Source: Macrostomum lignano (taxonomy: Eukaryota). From it: a stretch of DNA of 64,000 bases. Made by a program: the position numbers and the translations under genes. The notes beneath the pieces are model-generated. The model was not told the origin of the DNA and searched no databases. It saw only the letters and a list, made by a program, of their open reading frames with translations. The stretch lies in NCBI GenBank assembly GCA_002269645.1, contig NIVC01000019.1, positions 868,001 through 932,000 of the forward strand, read 5' to 3'. This document shows positions 1 through 12,700 of this stretch, piece by piece (the stretch's first letter is position 1; every line of letters begins with the position of its first letter).

Positions 1-652
1 TAGGTATAGTTTCATCGAAATGCAAATTTGTAGCTACATGTACTCCTATACCGGCTGTCATATTGATAATAGTGCAGACAAAAATGTTTAGCAATATCAT
101 TTGACTTTTTTCATGTTGTTGATCTTAGTCTTTAGAAAGCTATATCAATTTTTAAGCCAACAAGCTTTAGCTTAAGACTATATAAGATCGAGTACCTACA
201 TACATTCCAAAATTTTATTACAATTAATATAATATACATGTACTTGATTAAAAAAAGAACAAGAAAATGCCACATTCGTGCAGTACATGTAAAACTAGTT
301 ATACAAGCGTACATCTCCTTAAATTAAGGCGGAAGAAAATTCAGTACGCGTAAGAAGAGCGTCAACATTTAAAATACAATTTGTTGCGTTATCTAAACGG
401 AGTTTACAAACGTTCTTATAATAGGGGTTTTACCATAGACAAATGCGATCGAAAAAAGTGGTCCACAAGAAAACACTCAAGAGATGGGGACAGCTGAAAG
501 TTGCTGTGTGCCACCAGTGCTGCGGTAAAGTCTGACTCACGGTGGGCAGCTATACTGCAATGTACAGATTGTGTACACAGCACACTATACTCTACATGCA
601 TATGTGTAAAGCGCGCGAGAACCCAACAGGTGCAGCGCTGCAGTGTTCAGCC

Positions 653-659
653 TATAAAA
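653..659 (+). promoter_or_regulatory. Possible TATA box for the phnZ-like gene
   Basis: TATAAAA ~75 bp upstream of ATG 732; motif match only. Confidence 0.25.
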
Positions 660-731
660 TATGGGACGGAATTGCTAGCGTTATATATTCCTAGCTTATA
701 AATTGACAAAACACAATCAAACTGCCTCATC

Positions 732-1391
732 ATGCAAGCAACCTCGACAATAGACAAGCTGGGCTACCAGCTGCCGCCTCGACCGATTCCAGCTGCTCAG
801 ATGAGTCTTCAAGCCCGCGTTGACGAGGTGTTCGACCTGCTGGAGAGGCACGGCAGCGAGAACTACCTCGGCGAGGACATCTCCAAGTGCCAGCACGCAG
901 TGCAGTGCGCCCTCATTGCCGAAGGTCTCAACCAGCCGAGCCACATCGTCCTTGGCGCCCTGCTGCACGACATCGGGCATCACCTGAGCGGCTTGGATCC
1001 CCAGGTGCCACGCATGGTTACCGACGGCGTTGACTATGGCACGGTGGATCACGACATTGTGGGAGCTCGCTACCTGGAGTTGCTGCAGTTCCCGCCGGAA
1101 ATTACCGCCTTCGTGCTGAATCATGTTCAGGCGAAGCGTTACCTGGTTGCTAAGCGGCCCGGATATCGGGAGCAGCTGTCGGAGGCGAGCAAGGCCACAC
1201 TGGAGCACCAAGGAGGCGCCATGAGCAGCGCGGAGGCCGACCAGTTCGAGAGCCTTCCAGATCACGGCGCCTATCTGGAGATGCGCACCTGGGATGAGGC
1301 TGGCAAGGACCCGAGCGTGGACTACACAGTCGAGCTAGGACGGCTCAAACAGCTCTGCATGGATTACCTGGCTTCCAAGTCTCCAGCTTGA
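732..1391 (+). CDS. phnZ: HD-domain diiron phosphonate dioxygenase, PhnZ/TmpB-like (2-amino-1-hydroxyethylphosphonate dioxygenase-like), 219 aa, intronless
   Basis: Single ORF with the family motifs YLGEDISKCQHAVQCA, ALLHDIGH, H..GA..L, HVQAKRYL, LSEASKATLEHQGG and RTWDEAGK. AATAAA lies ~60 bp after the stop. Confidence 0.88.
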   Translation: MQATSTIDKLGYQLPPRPIPAAQMSLQARVDEVFDLLERHGSENYLGEDISKCQHAVQCALIAEGLNQPSHIVLGALLHDIGHHLSGLDPQVPRMVTDGVDYGTVDHDIVGARYLELLQFPPEITAFVLNHVQAKRYLVAKRPGYREQLSEASKATLEHQGGAMSSAEADQFESLPDHGAYLEMRTWDEAGKDPSVDYTVELGRLKQLCMDYLASKSPA

Positions 1392-1451
1392 TAGGGAAAT
1401 ATGGAGGCACCGCGTTGGTTTAACTTGTTTTTTGTGCAACGTGTTCGAGTC

Positions 1452-1457
1452 AATAAA
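1452..1457 (+). terminator. Polyadenylation signal of the phnZ-like gene
   Basis: AATAAA 61 bp downstream of the TGA stop, in AT-rich sequence. Confidence 0.5.
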
Positions 1458-3001
1458 TATATAATATAGCTTACTCTAACAGCTAGAGTTTCGGTATTCA
1501 AACTGTATGAAGAGTTTATTGGGTGGTGATCAGTCACTCCCACTTCTAGACACTGGGGAACAAGTGCCTAGGTATATTGTATATTGAGGAATGGCAATAG
1601 AATGTTTCAATAGATGGAATGGCAGCGAAGATTCTGCACTGCGTTGCGCGTGTATTTATATGATTATAACAAACAGTGCGAGATTGAGGGGCCAAGGGAG
1701 GTGCGAAAAGGTGGCGTGGCGTGATTGGCTACGCCAACCCCCCGGCTTAGCAAGCCGGCTAGCTTGGCGCGCACCCACCCCACCTCAGCTAGACAGAGGC
1801 GGGGGGGGGGGGTTTCCAGTACGGCTGCACTGGTGCTGCCGGTCGCGTAGTCTGGCCGCCACAATATACAAGTCGAATAACTTACTGCGGCGGATCCTCT
1901 AGTGGTTTGTAGACGTCTGGTTCTTGTAGTGTGCAGCGCTGTCTGGCTTGGCTGAGCTGGGTTTCTTGGAGTCCTTAACTTTATCTGTGGGTCGACCAAA
2001 ACGAGAGCGAATCAGAATTCTTGACGGTCCTCGAGCTCGGAATAAACAATAGAACGTGCACGTGCGCCCTTATGAACAATTGAATTCTCTAACTTTCTGT
2101 AATAGGTCCTCCCCCTGAAGGGCGTCTTCTTCGTTACGTCCGAAATGTAACGGATAACTCAATTCAAATCCTCTAGGAATGTATCCTAGGAAACAAGGAG
2201 GCCTTTCTCAAATGTGTCGACAATAAGTGGCTCTCGTAAACTCAATTAATCAACTTATTAGCGCTAGTAACAATTAACTAAATCGGGTAAACGCTTACCA
2301 ATCTATCCGGATTTCTTCTCTCAGAGATGAGTCTTCTTTGGTTAACGTATTCCAAAGTCTTCCTTGAGACCGCTCCGAGTCTGAATTTTTGACTCGGATT
2401 TTCACTTATATTTATAGTAAAATGTTGGTGAAAAACTGGTTCAAAATCGGTTATTTACTTAGGTCACGTATGTTTGATTAGGAGGTCATGAATGTTTGAT
2501 CATTACCATATATGGAATTAAGCAAATAAAATTCCCGAGAACCGATTTCTTGATCAAATAAACGTCGGTCCTACGTAGGGCTCAGAGTCACTTCTGTTTG
2601 CACATGACTCATTCTAAAAACAAAATTTCTAAAAATTAGATATGACTTATCATGACTCATTCTAAAAATAGTTTGCGAGTTTAAATTGATTTTATTAGAG
2701 TATTACTTTAAGTAGTGCGTTCTGATATCTTTTACAGTTCTCTACATGTAACTCTCAATCGTTTGCTACTAGTGCCTATAGTACTAGTAGTACGTGTGGT
2801 ACGTAGAAACTCAGGTACACAAAATTCAAGAACAAAGACTAACTTTTTGTTTCACACTTTCTCAAATAAGAGTCAATTGTCAACAGTCCTCATCAACACG
2901 TCGACCACATGTGTCTGCATCAACTCTGACTTCGTTGGTCACTGGCCTTCACCCAGGCGGAGCTTCTGAACCTTCAACAGGTATGACACCATGTGACTAT
3001 G

Positions 3002-3392
<391 letters not shown>

Positions 3393-4053
3393 ACTTTGGA
3401 ATCTACTTGTCGTAAATAGAAATAATAAAAATTAAATGTATTTATCCGTAAATATCACCTGATATTTATCCGTTAAACGTTTTTTCTGCAGGTAGATAGC
3501 ACTGAACGGAAAAGGTCAAATCAAGTTTAAATATGTGATAATTTCCTCTGAATTTTATTTCAACTTAAAGAAAAAAGGCTGTTTTCCAAGAAGCGTCTAA
3601 TAATTTTAATAATTTAAAAGATGTAGCTCAGGTTCTAATTAGGTATATATTTAAACATTTCTAAAAAATTACAAGCAAAAAAGAAAAAATGACCTAATAG
3701 TACAAAAAGTTGTTGAAAAGTACAAAAAGCTGCTCAAAATTTTTGGAGTCCAGAAGGCCAGCTGGAAATATACTCGTATTTTTTAGACTAAAAAAATACA
3801 ACAGGTTGCTACTGATGCAATCCAGGCCAAGTGAAATAAACAAATAGAAAAGTGAAATTCTAAGAAAAAATGAGATAGACATAGAGAAACAGGACTGCTC
3901 GACGGAAGGAAAAAAGAAAAAAATCTAGAATGTTAGAATATAAGAAACGCGTGTTAATACGCTTCTAATTGCGATAATAAAACTGGCATCCGAAATTTAT
4001 GAGCTCATAATATTTGTTTAAATGAACATGAACATCCAACCGAAAGGCAAGTA

Positions 4054-6716
4054 TTAAACTAGGTACTTTCTCTTCAGGTATGTCAGGTAGGAGAAGTCAC
4101 TCTCGCCGGCTGTGACTCCAGGCGACTCCGACAATCGAGTTGTTGATTTGACTCGACTCGAGATCAGATTGCGTCTGGCGGTGTCCTCTGAGTTCAGGGA
4201 TTTATGGGCGGCGGGTTAGGATTGGAGCGCAGGTGAGAATTTGAGCTGAGTTTTGGGGTGTCGGTCTTATCGGGTAGACGGCCTGTTGAAGTTTTGGGGT
4301 GTCGGTCTTATCGGGTAGGCGGCCTGTTGAAGTTTGGGGTGTCGGTCTTATCGGGTAGGCGGCCTATTTGAAGTTTTGGGGTGTCGGTCTTATCGGGTAG
4401 GCGGCCTATTTGAAGTTTTGGGGTGTCGGTTTAAGGGGTAGGCGGCCTGTTGAAGTTTTGGGGTGTCGGTTTTAAAGGGTAGGCGGCCTATTTGAAGTTT
4501 TGGGGGTGTCGGTTTTAAGGGGTAGGCGGCCTGTTTAAAGATTTGGGGTGTCGGTTTTAAGGGGCCTGTTTAAAGATTTGGGGTGTCGGTTTTAAGGGGT
4601 AAGCGGCCTGTTTGAAGTTTTGGGGTGTCGATTTTAAGGGGTAGGCGGCCTGGTAGAAGTTTTGGGGTGTCGGTTTTAAGGGGTAGGCGGCCTGTTTGAA
4701 GTTTTGGGGTGTCGATTTTAAGGGGTAGGCGGCCTGTTTGAAGTTTTGGGGTGTCGGTTTTAAGGGGTAGGCGGCCTGGTAGAAGTTTTGGGGTGTCGGT
4801 TTTAAGGGGTAGGCGGCCTGTTTGAAGTTTTGGGGTGTCGGTTTTAAGGGGTAGGCGGCCTGGTAGAAGTTTTGGGGTGTCGGTTTTAAGGGTAGGCGGC
4901 CTGGTAGAAGTTTTGGGGTGTCGGTTTTAAGGGGTAGGCGGCCTGGTAGAAGTTTTGGGGTGTCGGTTTTAAGGGGTAGGCGGCCTGTTTGAAGTTTTGG
5001 GGTGTCGATTTTAAGGGGTAGGCGGCCTGTTTGAAGTTTTGGGGTGTCGGTTTTAAGGGGTAGGCGGCCTGTTTGAAGTTTTGGGGTGTCGGTTTTAAGG
5101 GGTAGGCGGCCTGTTTAAAGATTTGGGGTGTCGGTTTTAAGGGGCCTGTTTAAAGATTTGGGGTGTCGGTTTTATGAGGTAGGCGGCCTGTTTGAAGTTC
5201 CACAGAAGATGAAATGACAAATTGTTATGACTCACCTGACTCAAGATGTTTAGAGATGCTGCGATTTAATTCGGCGCGCAGTTTCTCAAGAAGGAACGCG
5301 TCCAGCTGCTGTTGCTGCTGCTGATGAGGCAACTGGGGCTGCTGCGGAGGCGGCGGCGGCGGCGAAGACGGCTGCGGCAGTCTGGACTGCCCGCCACCGA
5401 TGTACCCCGTCAGCTGGGCGTCAGTCAAGAAGGCTCGAGACGAGGCGACAGCTCTGGCGCGCTCCTTTTCCAGACTGAGCGCTGCCGCGGTGTGCGCCTC
5501 CGCGTTGCTGACCCGCTGCAGCTCCTCGGTGAGCTTGCGGCGCAGCCGGCGCTCCTGATCGTGGCTCTGCTTGAGGTGCTCGCAGGTCGAGCTGAGCTGC
5601 AAGCAGGCCTGCCGAAGCTGCTCGGCGTCCATCTGGGGAGGCGGAAACAATGTTTTTCAGGGGCGTCGCCATGACTTTTATGTTGGGGGGGGGGCAAAAA
5701 GCCAAGATTCTACATGTACATGTACAGTATTTTCAGAATTGGTGTTGTCAGCGCTCATTTTAGCGCCGCAGGCACTCATTTTAGCGCCGCAGGAACTCAT
5801 TTTAGCGCCGCAGGAACTCATTTTAGCGCCGCCGGAACTTATTTTAGCGCCGCAGGAACTCAGGCTAGCGCCGCAGGCATTCATTTTCGATCCACAGGCA
5901 CTCATTTTCGATCCGCAGGCACTCATTTTCGATCCGCAGGCACTCATTTTCGATCCGCAGGCACTCATTTTCGATCCGCAGGCACTCATTTTCGATCCGC
6001 AGGCACTCATTTTCGATCCGCAGGCACTCATTTTCGATCCGCAGGCACTCATTTTCGATCCGCAGGCACTCATTTTGGATCCGCAGGCACTCATTTTCGA
6101 TCTGCAGGCACTCATTTTGGATCTGCAGGCACTCATTTTCGATCTGCAGGCACTCATTTTGGATCTGCAGGCACTCATTTTCGATCCGCAGGCACTCATT
6201 TTCGATCCGCAGGCGCTATTTTTTGTCGCCCTGAAGTGAAATTATTGATTTCCTTAACGAGTCACAAGGTTAGGTGGGGGGGGCATGTCCCCTCCCATAG
6301 CTTTTAGCTGAGTGGGGCTTCGGTGTAGCTGAGTGGGGCTTCGGTGTAGCTGAGTGGGGCTTCGGTGTAGCTGAGTGGGGCTTCGGTGTAGCTGAGTGGG
6401 GCTTCCGTGTAGCTGAGTGGGGCTTCGGTGTAGCTGAGTGGGGCTTCGGTGTAGCTAGCTGAGTGGGGCTTCGGTGTAGCTGAGTGGGGCTTCGGTGTAG
6501 CTGAGCGATAAATTTCCATGCAGCTGAGAAAGGAGTCCACATCTGGCAATTCTCACCATTCTAACCGACTCGAACGTGACAGCCTCAGGTCCATCGGCGC
6601 TGTCGAACCCGTTGCTTCTAAACTCGAGCGTCAGGCCGGTGCGCTCAGAGGCTGCGGCTGGAGCGGGCGCCGAGTTCTGACTGGTCGAGACCAGAACTTC
6701 GACTGGGGAAGAGCGG

Positions 6717-6770
<54 letters not shown>

Positions 6771-9700
6771 CTCGAGGCTTCTTGGATATCAAAATCTACA
6801 TCGGGCTAAAATTTATTGAAAGTTAACTTTACCTCTTGTATAAAAATTCCAGTATCTGTATCTCAGTCAGCCTCATCATCAATCCCAGCATCTTTTGCAA
6901 GCCCCATCAATCCCAGCATCTTCAACAAGCCCCATCAATCCCAGCATCTTCAACAAGCCCCATCAATCCCAGCATCTTCAACAAGCCCCATCAATCCCAG
7001 CATCTTTAACAAGCCTCATCAATCCCAGCATCTTTAACAAGCCCCATCAATCCCAGCATCTTCAACAAGCCCCATCAATCCCAGCATCTTCAACAAGCCC
7101 CATCAATCATAGCATCTTTAACAAGCCTCATCAATCCCAGCATCTTTAACAAGCCCCATCAATCCCAGCATCTTTAACAAGCCCCATCAATCCCAGCATC
7201 TTCAACAAGCCCCATCAATCATAGCATCTTTAACAAGCCTCATCAATCCCAGCATCTTTAACAAGCCTCATCAATCCCAGCATCTTCAACAAGCCCCATC
7301 AATCCCAGCATCTTCAACAAGCCCCATCAATCCCAGCATCTTTAACAAGCCTCATCAATCCCAGCATCTTTAACAAGCCCCATCAATCCCAGCATCTTTA
7401 ACAAGCCCCATCAATCCCAGCATCTTCAACAAGCCCCATCAATCCCAGCATCTTCAACAAGCCCCATCAATCCCAGCATCTTCAACAAGCCCCATCAATC
7501 CCAGCATCTTTAACAAGCCTCATCAATCCCAGCATCTTTAACAAGCCCCATCAATCCCAGCATCTTTAACAAGCCCCATCAATCCCAGCATCTTTAACAA
7601 GCCCCATCAATCCCAGCATCTTCAACAAGCCCCACCAATCCCAGCATCTTAAACAAGCCCCATCAACCCCAGCATTTCAGCCAGCCTGTCAGCCTCACCA
7701 GCCCCAGAAGTTTTCGAATTCGAATTCTTAGCGCCGGCGCCGACTCTCCAACCTCCGCGCTCTCCGCCAGCGCCTCCGTCAACTGCGCCGCAATGCGCCG
7801 CGCCGATTCGGCGCGCCCGGCTCGCTCCCCGTTGGCGCGGGCCGCTCCGGTGGCCGCCTCAGCGGCCGCCGACGTTTCAGCTTGGGCGGCTCGCGCGGTC
7901 GCCAACTCGGCGCGGGTCTCCGCCAGGCGCTCGCGCAGGTCCGCCAGCGCCTCGGATGCCGCCGCGGCCGAAGCCGGCGACGCCGCATCGCCGTTGGCTT
8001 CAGCGACGGCAGCGGCTCTGATTGACATCTCGGCTTTGATTCTGCAAAGTTTGCGAAATTCCATTGTGCTATTTGAACTTCTTAGGTCTACAAGGCTCCG
8101 AGAGGACTTCAGGATAGCTTCAGGGTGACTTCAGGAGAGCTTCAGGGTGACTTCAGGAGAGCTTCAGGGTGACTTCAGGAGAGCTTCAGGGTGACTTCAG
8201 GAGAGCTTCAGGGTGACTTCAGGAGAGCTTCAGGGTGACTTCAGGAGAGCTTCAGGGTGACTTCAGGAGAGCTTCAGGGTGACTTCAGGAGAGCTTCAGG
8301 GTGACTTCAGGAGAGCTTCAGGGAGACTTCAGGAGAGCTTCAGGGTGACTTCAGGAGAGCTTCAGGGTGACTTCAGGAGAGCTTCAGGGTGACTTCAGGA
8401 ACTTCAGGGTGACTTCAGGAGAGCTTCAGGGTGACTTCAGGAGAGCTTCAGGGTGACTTCAGGAGAGCTTCAGGGTGACTTCAGGAAAGCTTCAGGGTGA
8501 CTTCAGGAGAGCTTCAGGGTGACTCGGGAGAGTTTCAGGGTGACTTCAGGAGAGCTTCAGGCTAGCTCGTACTCGTTGAAAGTTCAATCAGCCAATCGGC
8601 GCTCACCGCTCGCCCTCCTCTCGCTCCAGCTCCAGTTTGCGCTTCAGCTCAGCCACCTCAGCCCGCGCCGCCTCAAGCGCCAGCGACGCTTCCGCGCTGA
8701 CCTCGCGCTCTCGGCGAAGGTCGACTCGCGCCAATTCTTCGGCGCTGGCCGCATCGGCGCGCAGGCGCTCGGCAAGGCGCGCGGACTCGGCCTGCTCGGC
8801 TTCGAGACGCCTCCGAGCCGTCGCCAGCTCGGCCGCCGCGTCCGCCTGGAGCCGTCGAGCCTCCGACAGCTTGTTGGTCGCGAGTTCGAGCTCCTCAGAC
8901 AGGCGGGCCGACTCGGCGCGACTCTCGGCGAGGTTGTCGACTGCAGTGGCCAGCTCCGCCTGCAGGCGGGCGAGCGCCTCTGGGTCTTCCCTGATTGGGC
9001 TGGGGCAGGCGGAAGTTGCGACCGCGACTGATGACGTCATCGGCTTCGGCGACGGTGCTCTAGGGCTGCTTGGCTTTCTGCTTCTGGAAGAGATTGCGGT
9101 GAAGGAGAGTAGCGTCAGGAATTTTTGTTGCTAAGAGAAACTTTGGGGTGATTTTGTGGCTAGTTAAGGGGGGAGTTTCCGGGTGGCTTTATAAATAACA
9201 TCAGGGTGACTTCATGGAGAGTTTCGGGCTGATTTCATTCATAACTTCAGGGTGACTTCATGGAGAGTTTCAGATAGTCGATGAAGATCTCACAGCGTCC
9301 CAGTCGCTGATGCAGCAGCAGCTGGGATCTCTTCAATGGACCGTTTGGGAGATTCCTCATCATCAGCATTGAGTTTTTCGCCAGCTTCTTGAGGTGAAGC
9401 TGATGTCCTATAAATTAAAAATTTAACAGTTTTGCGGCGTGATTTCCCTGTTTGAAGTAACGCTCGTACAGATGGGCGACTATGCGATTTCATAAAAACC
9501 AGAATGCACAACTCAGGAAGCTGAACCCACCCGATTTCCTGCACTCCATCATCTTCGTGCGCTTCGTTCCTGCCAGCGAATTTGATCTGAAGTTTTCAAT
9601 TTGGATAAGTGTGCATGCATGGTTCAGAATATCAGATAGCAATGCGAACTGCGTTCACCCGTGTTAAACCGTCAATTTTGAAAGAATTAATCTTGTTTAA

Positions 9701-12700
9701 TGTTGTTACCATGGCTACAGACTTTTTTGAACCTAAAGGGCCATTTTCAAGTCTATTTCTAAAACTAAGATTGAAATACTACATAGTAATAATACTACTT
9801 AGAATTAGTAGCTCGCTATGTCGAATCATCAAGCATGTGCACTCTCTGTGTCTTGGGGATTCGCCCTCGCCTTTCATGAATGTGTGAGTTGCACGAAAAC
9901 CCATGCACAAGCTAGAGCACTCCTCACAACACTTCTCGTACTGAGACCACTACAACCTGCATACAGAAGCCTTTACCCAGCTGCACTCACAGTGACGTTG
10001 CCCCCGCCATCCCGCGCGAAGTCGATGTCCTCGTCGGTGTCCGTGTCCCCCTGAGCCTGCGTTTCCAACTTGTCCTTGGCCGCTGCTGCAGGCGGCTTCT
10101 CGACGCCGCTGGCCGCTGACGGCTCCGACCGGTTTGACGGCGGCCCATCAGACGCCGCTAGCGAGGCCTCCGAGTCCCAGAATTCCAGACCGTCCGCTTT
10201 TTTAGCGACATCGACGGAAACGGCTGCTGCCGGAGGCTGGTTCTGGTCAGGTTTTCAAAGTTTAAACGGACCGTTAGTTAACTTATTAGAAATGCGCTCA
10301 GGTTTTTTTGCGGCAATTAAAAATAGTTGGCACTCTAACCAGATCAGCAGCGATTGCGGCGGCCACCACTGCTGCCTCCTCCGCAATGGGCTGCAGGCTT
10401 CCCTGGTTGCGTGCTGAGTCGGGCGGCTGCTCCTGCTGATGCTTTCTTGGAGAGGGGGCTTCCGTGGCCGCGCTGCTGGGCACGTCCTCGGTTGCTGAGT
10501 CCCATTCGCTGATCTGCAAGGACAATCACAGATTTATTGGAACAAGCTTATAACTTTCGATAGCATTTGATAACTTCGATTGGATATAAAAGTCAAGCAT
10601 GTTTCTGAAAGATCAGCAATGTTCCGAGTAAACAAACTACCATCTGACAGTTGTTAAATTTGTTCTAAAATGTCCTTCAAAAGGTCAAGCTACCTTCCAA
10701 AAGGTCAAGCTATCTTCCAAAAGGTCAAGCTATCTTCCAAAAGGTCAAGCTACCTTCCAAAAGGTCAAGCTATCTTCCAAAAGGTCAAGCTACCTTCCAA
10801 AAGGTCAAGCTACCTTCCAAAAGGACAAGCTACCTTCTAAAAATTCAAGATATGTTCTGAAAGGTCGAGCTACTTTCTAAAAGGTAGAGCTACCTTCCAA
10901 AATGTCAAACTACCTTCTAAAAGGTCAAGCTACCTTTTAAACGGTTAAGCTACCTTCTAAAAGATCAAGCTACCTTCCAAAAAACCCAACTACCTTCCAA
11001 AAGGTCAAGCTATCTTCCAAAAGGTCAAGCTACTTTCCAAAAGGCCCAACTACCTTCCAAAAGGTCAAGCTACGTTCAGAAAATAAAACTACGTTTCCAA
11101 AAGCTAATCTAAATTTCTGAAAGTACAGCTGATTTCCAAAAGTACAGAAACGTACAGAAATCGGAGTTACGCTACAAAATTTTCGCTTTAAATCAATAAA
11201 ATAAACTTTACGTACAGACAAACGTAGAAAAGCTTACCTCATCCCTAGCAACGGAGTTCGCCGACTCTCCAAGATTGACAGTGGCAGGCAGTGGCTTGGA
11301 GTTTGACGGCTGCGGCACTGCGGCGGCAGCTGCACTGCTCGGCGCCTCCGTCACTGAGTTGTCCCAGTCGGATTCGTCTTCCGGTGCCGCTGACAGCTTT
11401 GCAGACGCTAATTGAGCCTGGGAAAAATGGAAGATACATGGAAGCTTGATGCTGCTGACAGAGGTTGTACGGTATGGCTTTCTCTTACTCTACCTTGACT
11501 TCGTCAGGGCCTTTTGCTGCGGCCGACACAGCGACAGACTCGTCCCAGTCTGACTCCTCATCGTCTGCTTTTGCAGCGGTGACTTGCTCTGTGGACTCCT
11601 GGTTTGATAAGTTAGACAAGTGAAGCATTAGCTTGTTTTGGAACTCTGTAAATAGTTGGCAAGGATGGCTATTCGCATACCCTCTTTAGCTTTGGCTGCG
11701 GTGGCGGCGCCTCTGAAATTTCCGAGGCCTCCCAGTCCGAATCTTGCCGCTGAAACTGGAGTTTATGTTTAGGTTAAAATAAATTCTATTTATAGGAATT
11801 TAAACAGCATTCTACGTTCGGAACCCACCTCACTCGCTGCCCCTAGGCACGCTGCCATTTCTAACCCACCCACCTCACTCCCTGCCCCTAGACACGCACC
11901 CATTTCTAACCCACCCACCTCACTCCCTACTCCTAGACACGCACCCATTTCTAACCCACCCACCTCACTCCCTACTCCTAGACACGCACCCATTTCTAAC
12001 CCACCCACCTCACTCCCTTCCTGCCCATAGACACGCACCCATTTCTAACCCACCCACCTCCCTTCCTGCCCCTAGACACGCACCCATTTCTAATCCACCC
12101 ACCTCCCTCCCTGCCCATAGACACGCACCCATTTCAACCCCCCCACCTGACTCCCTGCCCACAGGGTCTAAGCGTCCTTATTATTCGATACTTTCGTTAA
12201 AAGCATACCCAGGCAACTCAAACCACTCACCCCGTCCCTGGGAGTGGCCGCATTGCCAACTGATCTCGGTGTCGGCGCCGTTGTCGGCGGGAATTCCGAC
12301 GCCACCGTATTGTCATCGTCGTCGTCCTCGGCGTCGCCAATTTCAACGATATCCTCGACGTCGTCGGCTATATTGTTCTTAGCCGATCCGACTGAGCCGG
12401 CCGCGGCCTCTGTGCCAGCCATTCGCTTCTCCAGCTCGAGTTTGAGATTGATCTTGGCGCCTAGCGACTTGCCGCCGCCAGTCTCGGGGGCCGCTGCCGA
12501 CGCGCTCTGCGAGTTGCTCCAGTCCGAGTCCGACTCGTTGCCACCGCCGCCTCCGACACTCGCTGCTGCGGCCGGCTGCGAAGGCGCCGGTGGCGTCATT
12601 GCGGCGGACTTCTTTGTCGACGCAGTAGCAGCTTCAGGTACGGCGGCGAGAGATTTCCTTATCGGCGGTGCCTCGGCTCTCTGTGACGGTAGGGGTGAAT

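Noticed and set aside
717-1265. 182-aa antisense ORF over phnZ, and similar antisense ORFs at 5312, 7793, 8519, 8637, 12244, 35866, 48395 and 61434
   Set aside because: Shadow ORFs of GC-rich coding exons on the opposite strand, with no recognisable motifs.
732-1391. phnZ-like gene as bacterial contamination
   Set aside because: There are no operon neighbours, the flanks are AT-rich with AATAAA, and the sequence is contiguous with intron-rich genes. A chimeric assembly cannot be fully excluded without reads.
1900-2400. Possible solo LTR (TGTAAC at 2146 ... GTAACA at ~2272)
   Set aside because: Only ~127 bp, with no TSD, PBS or second copy in the window; not supportable without a repeat library.
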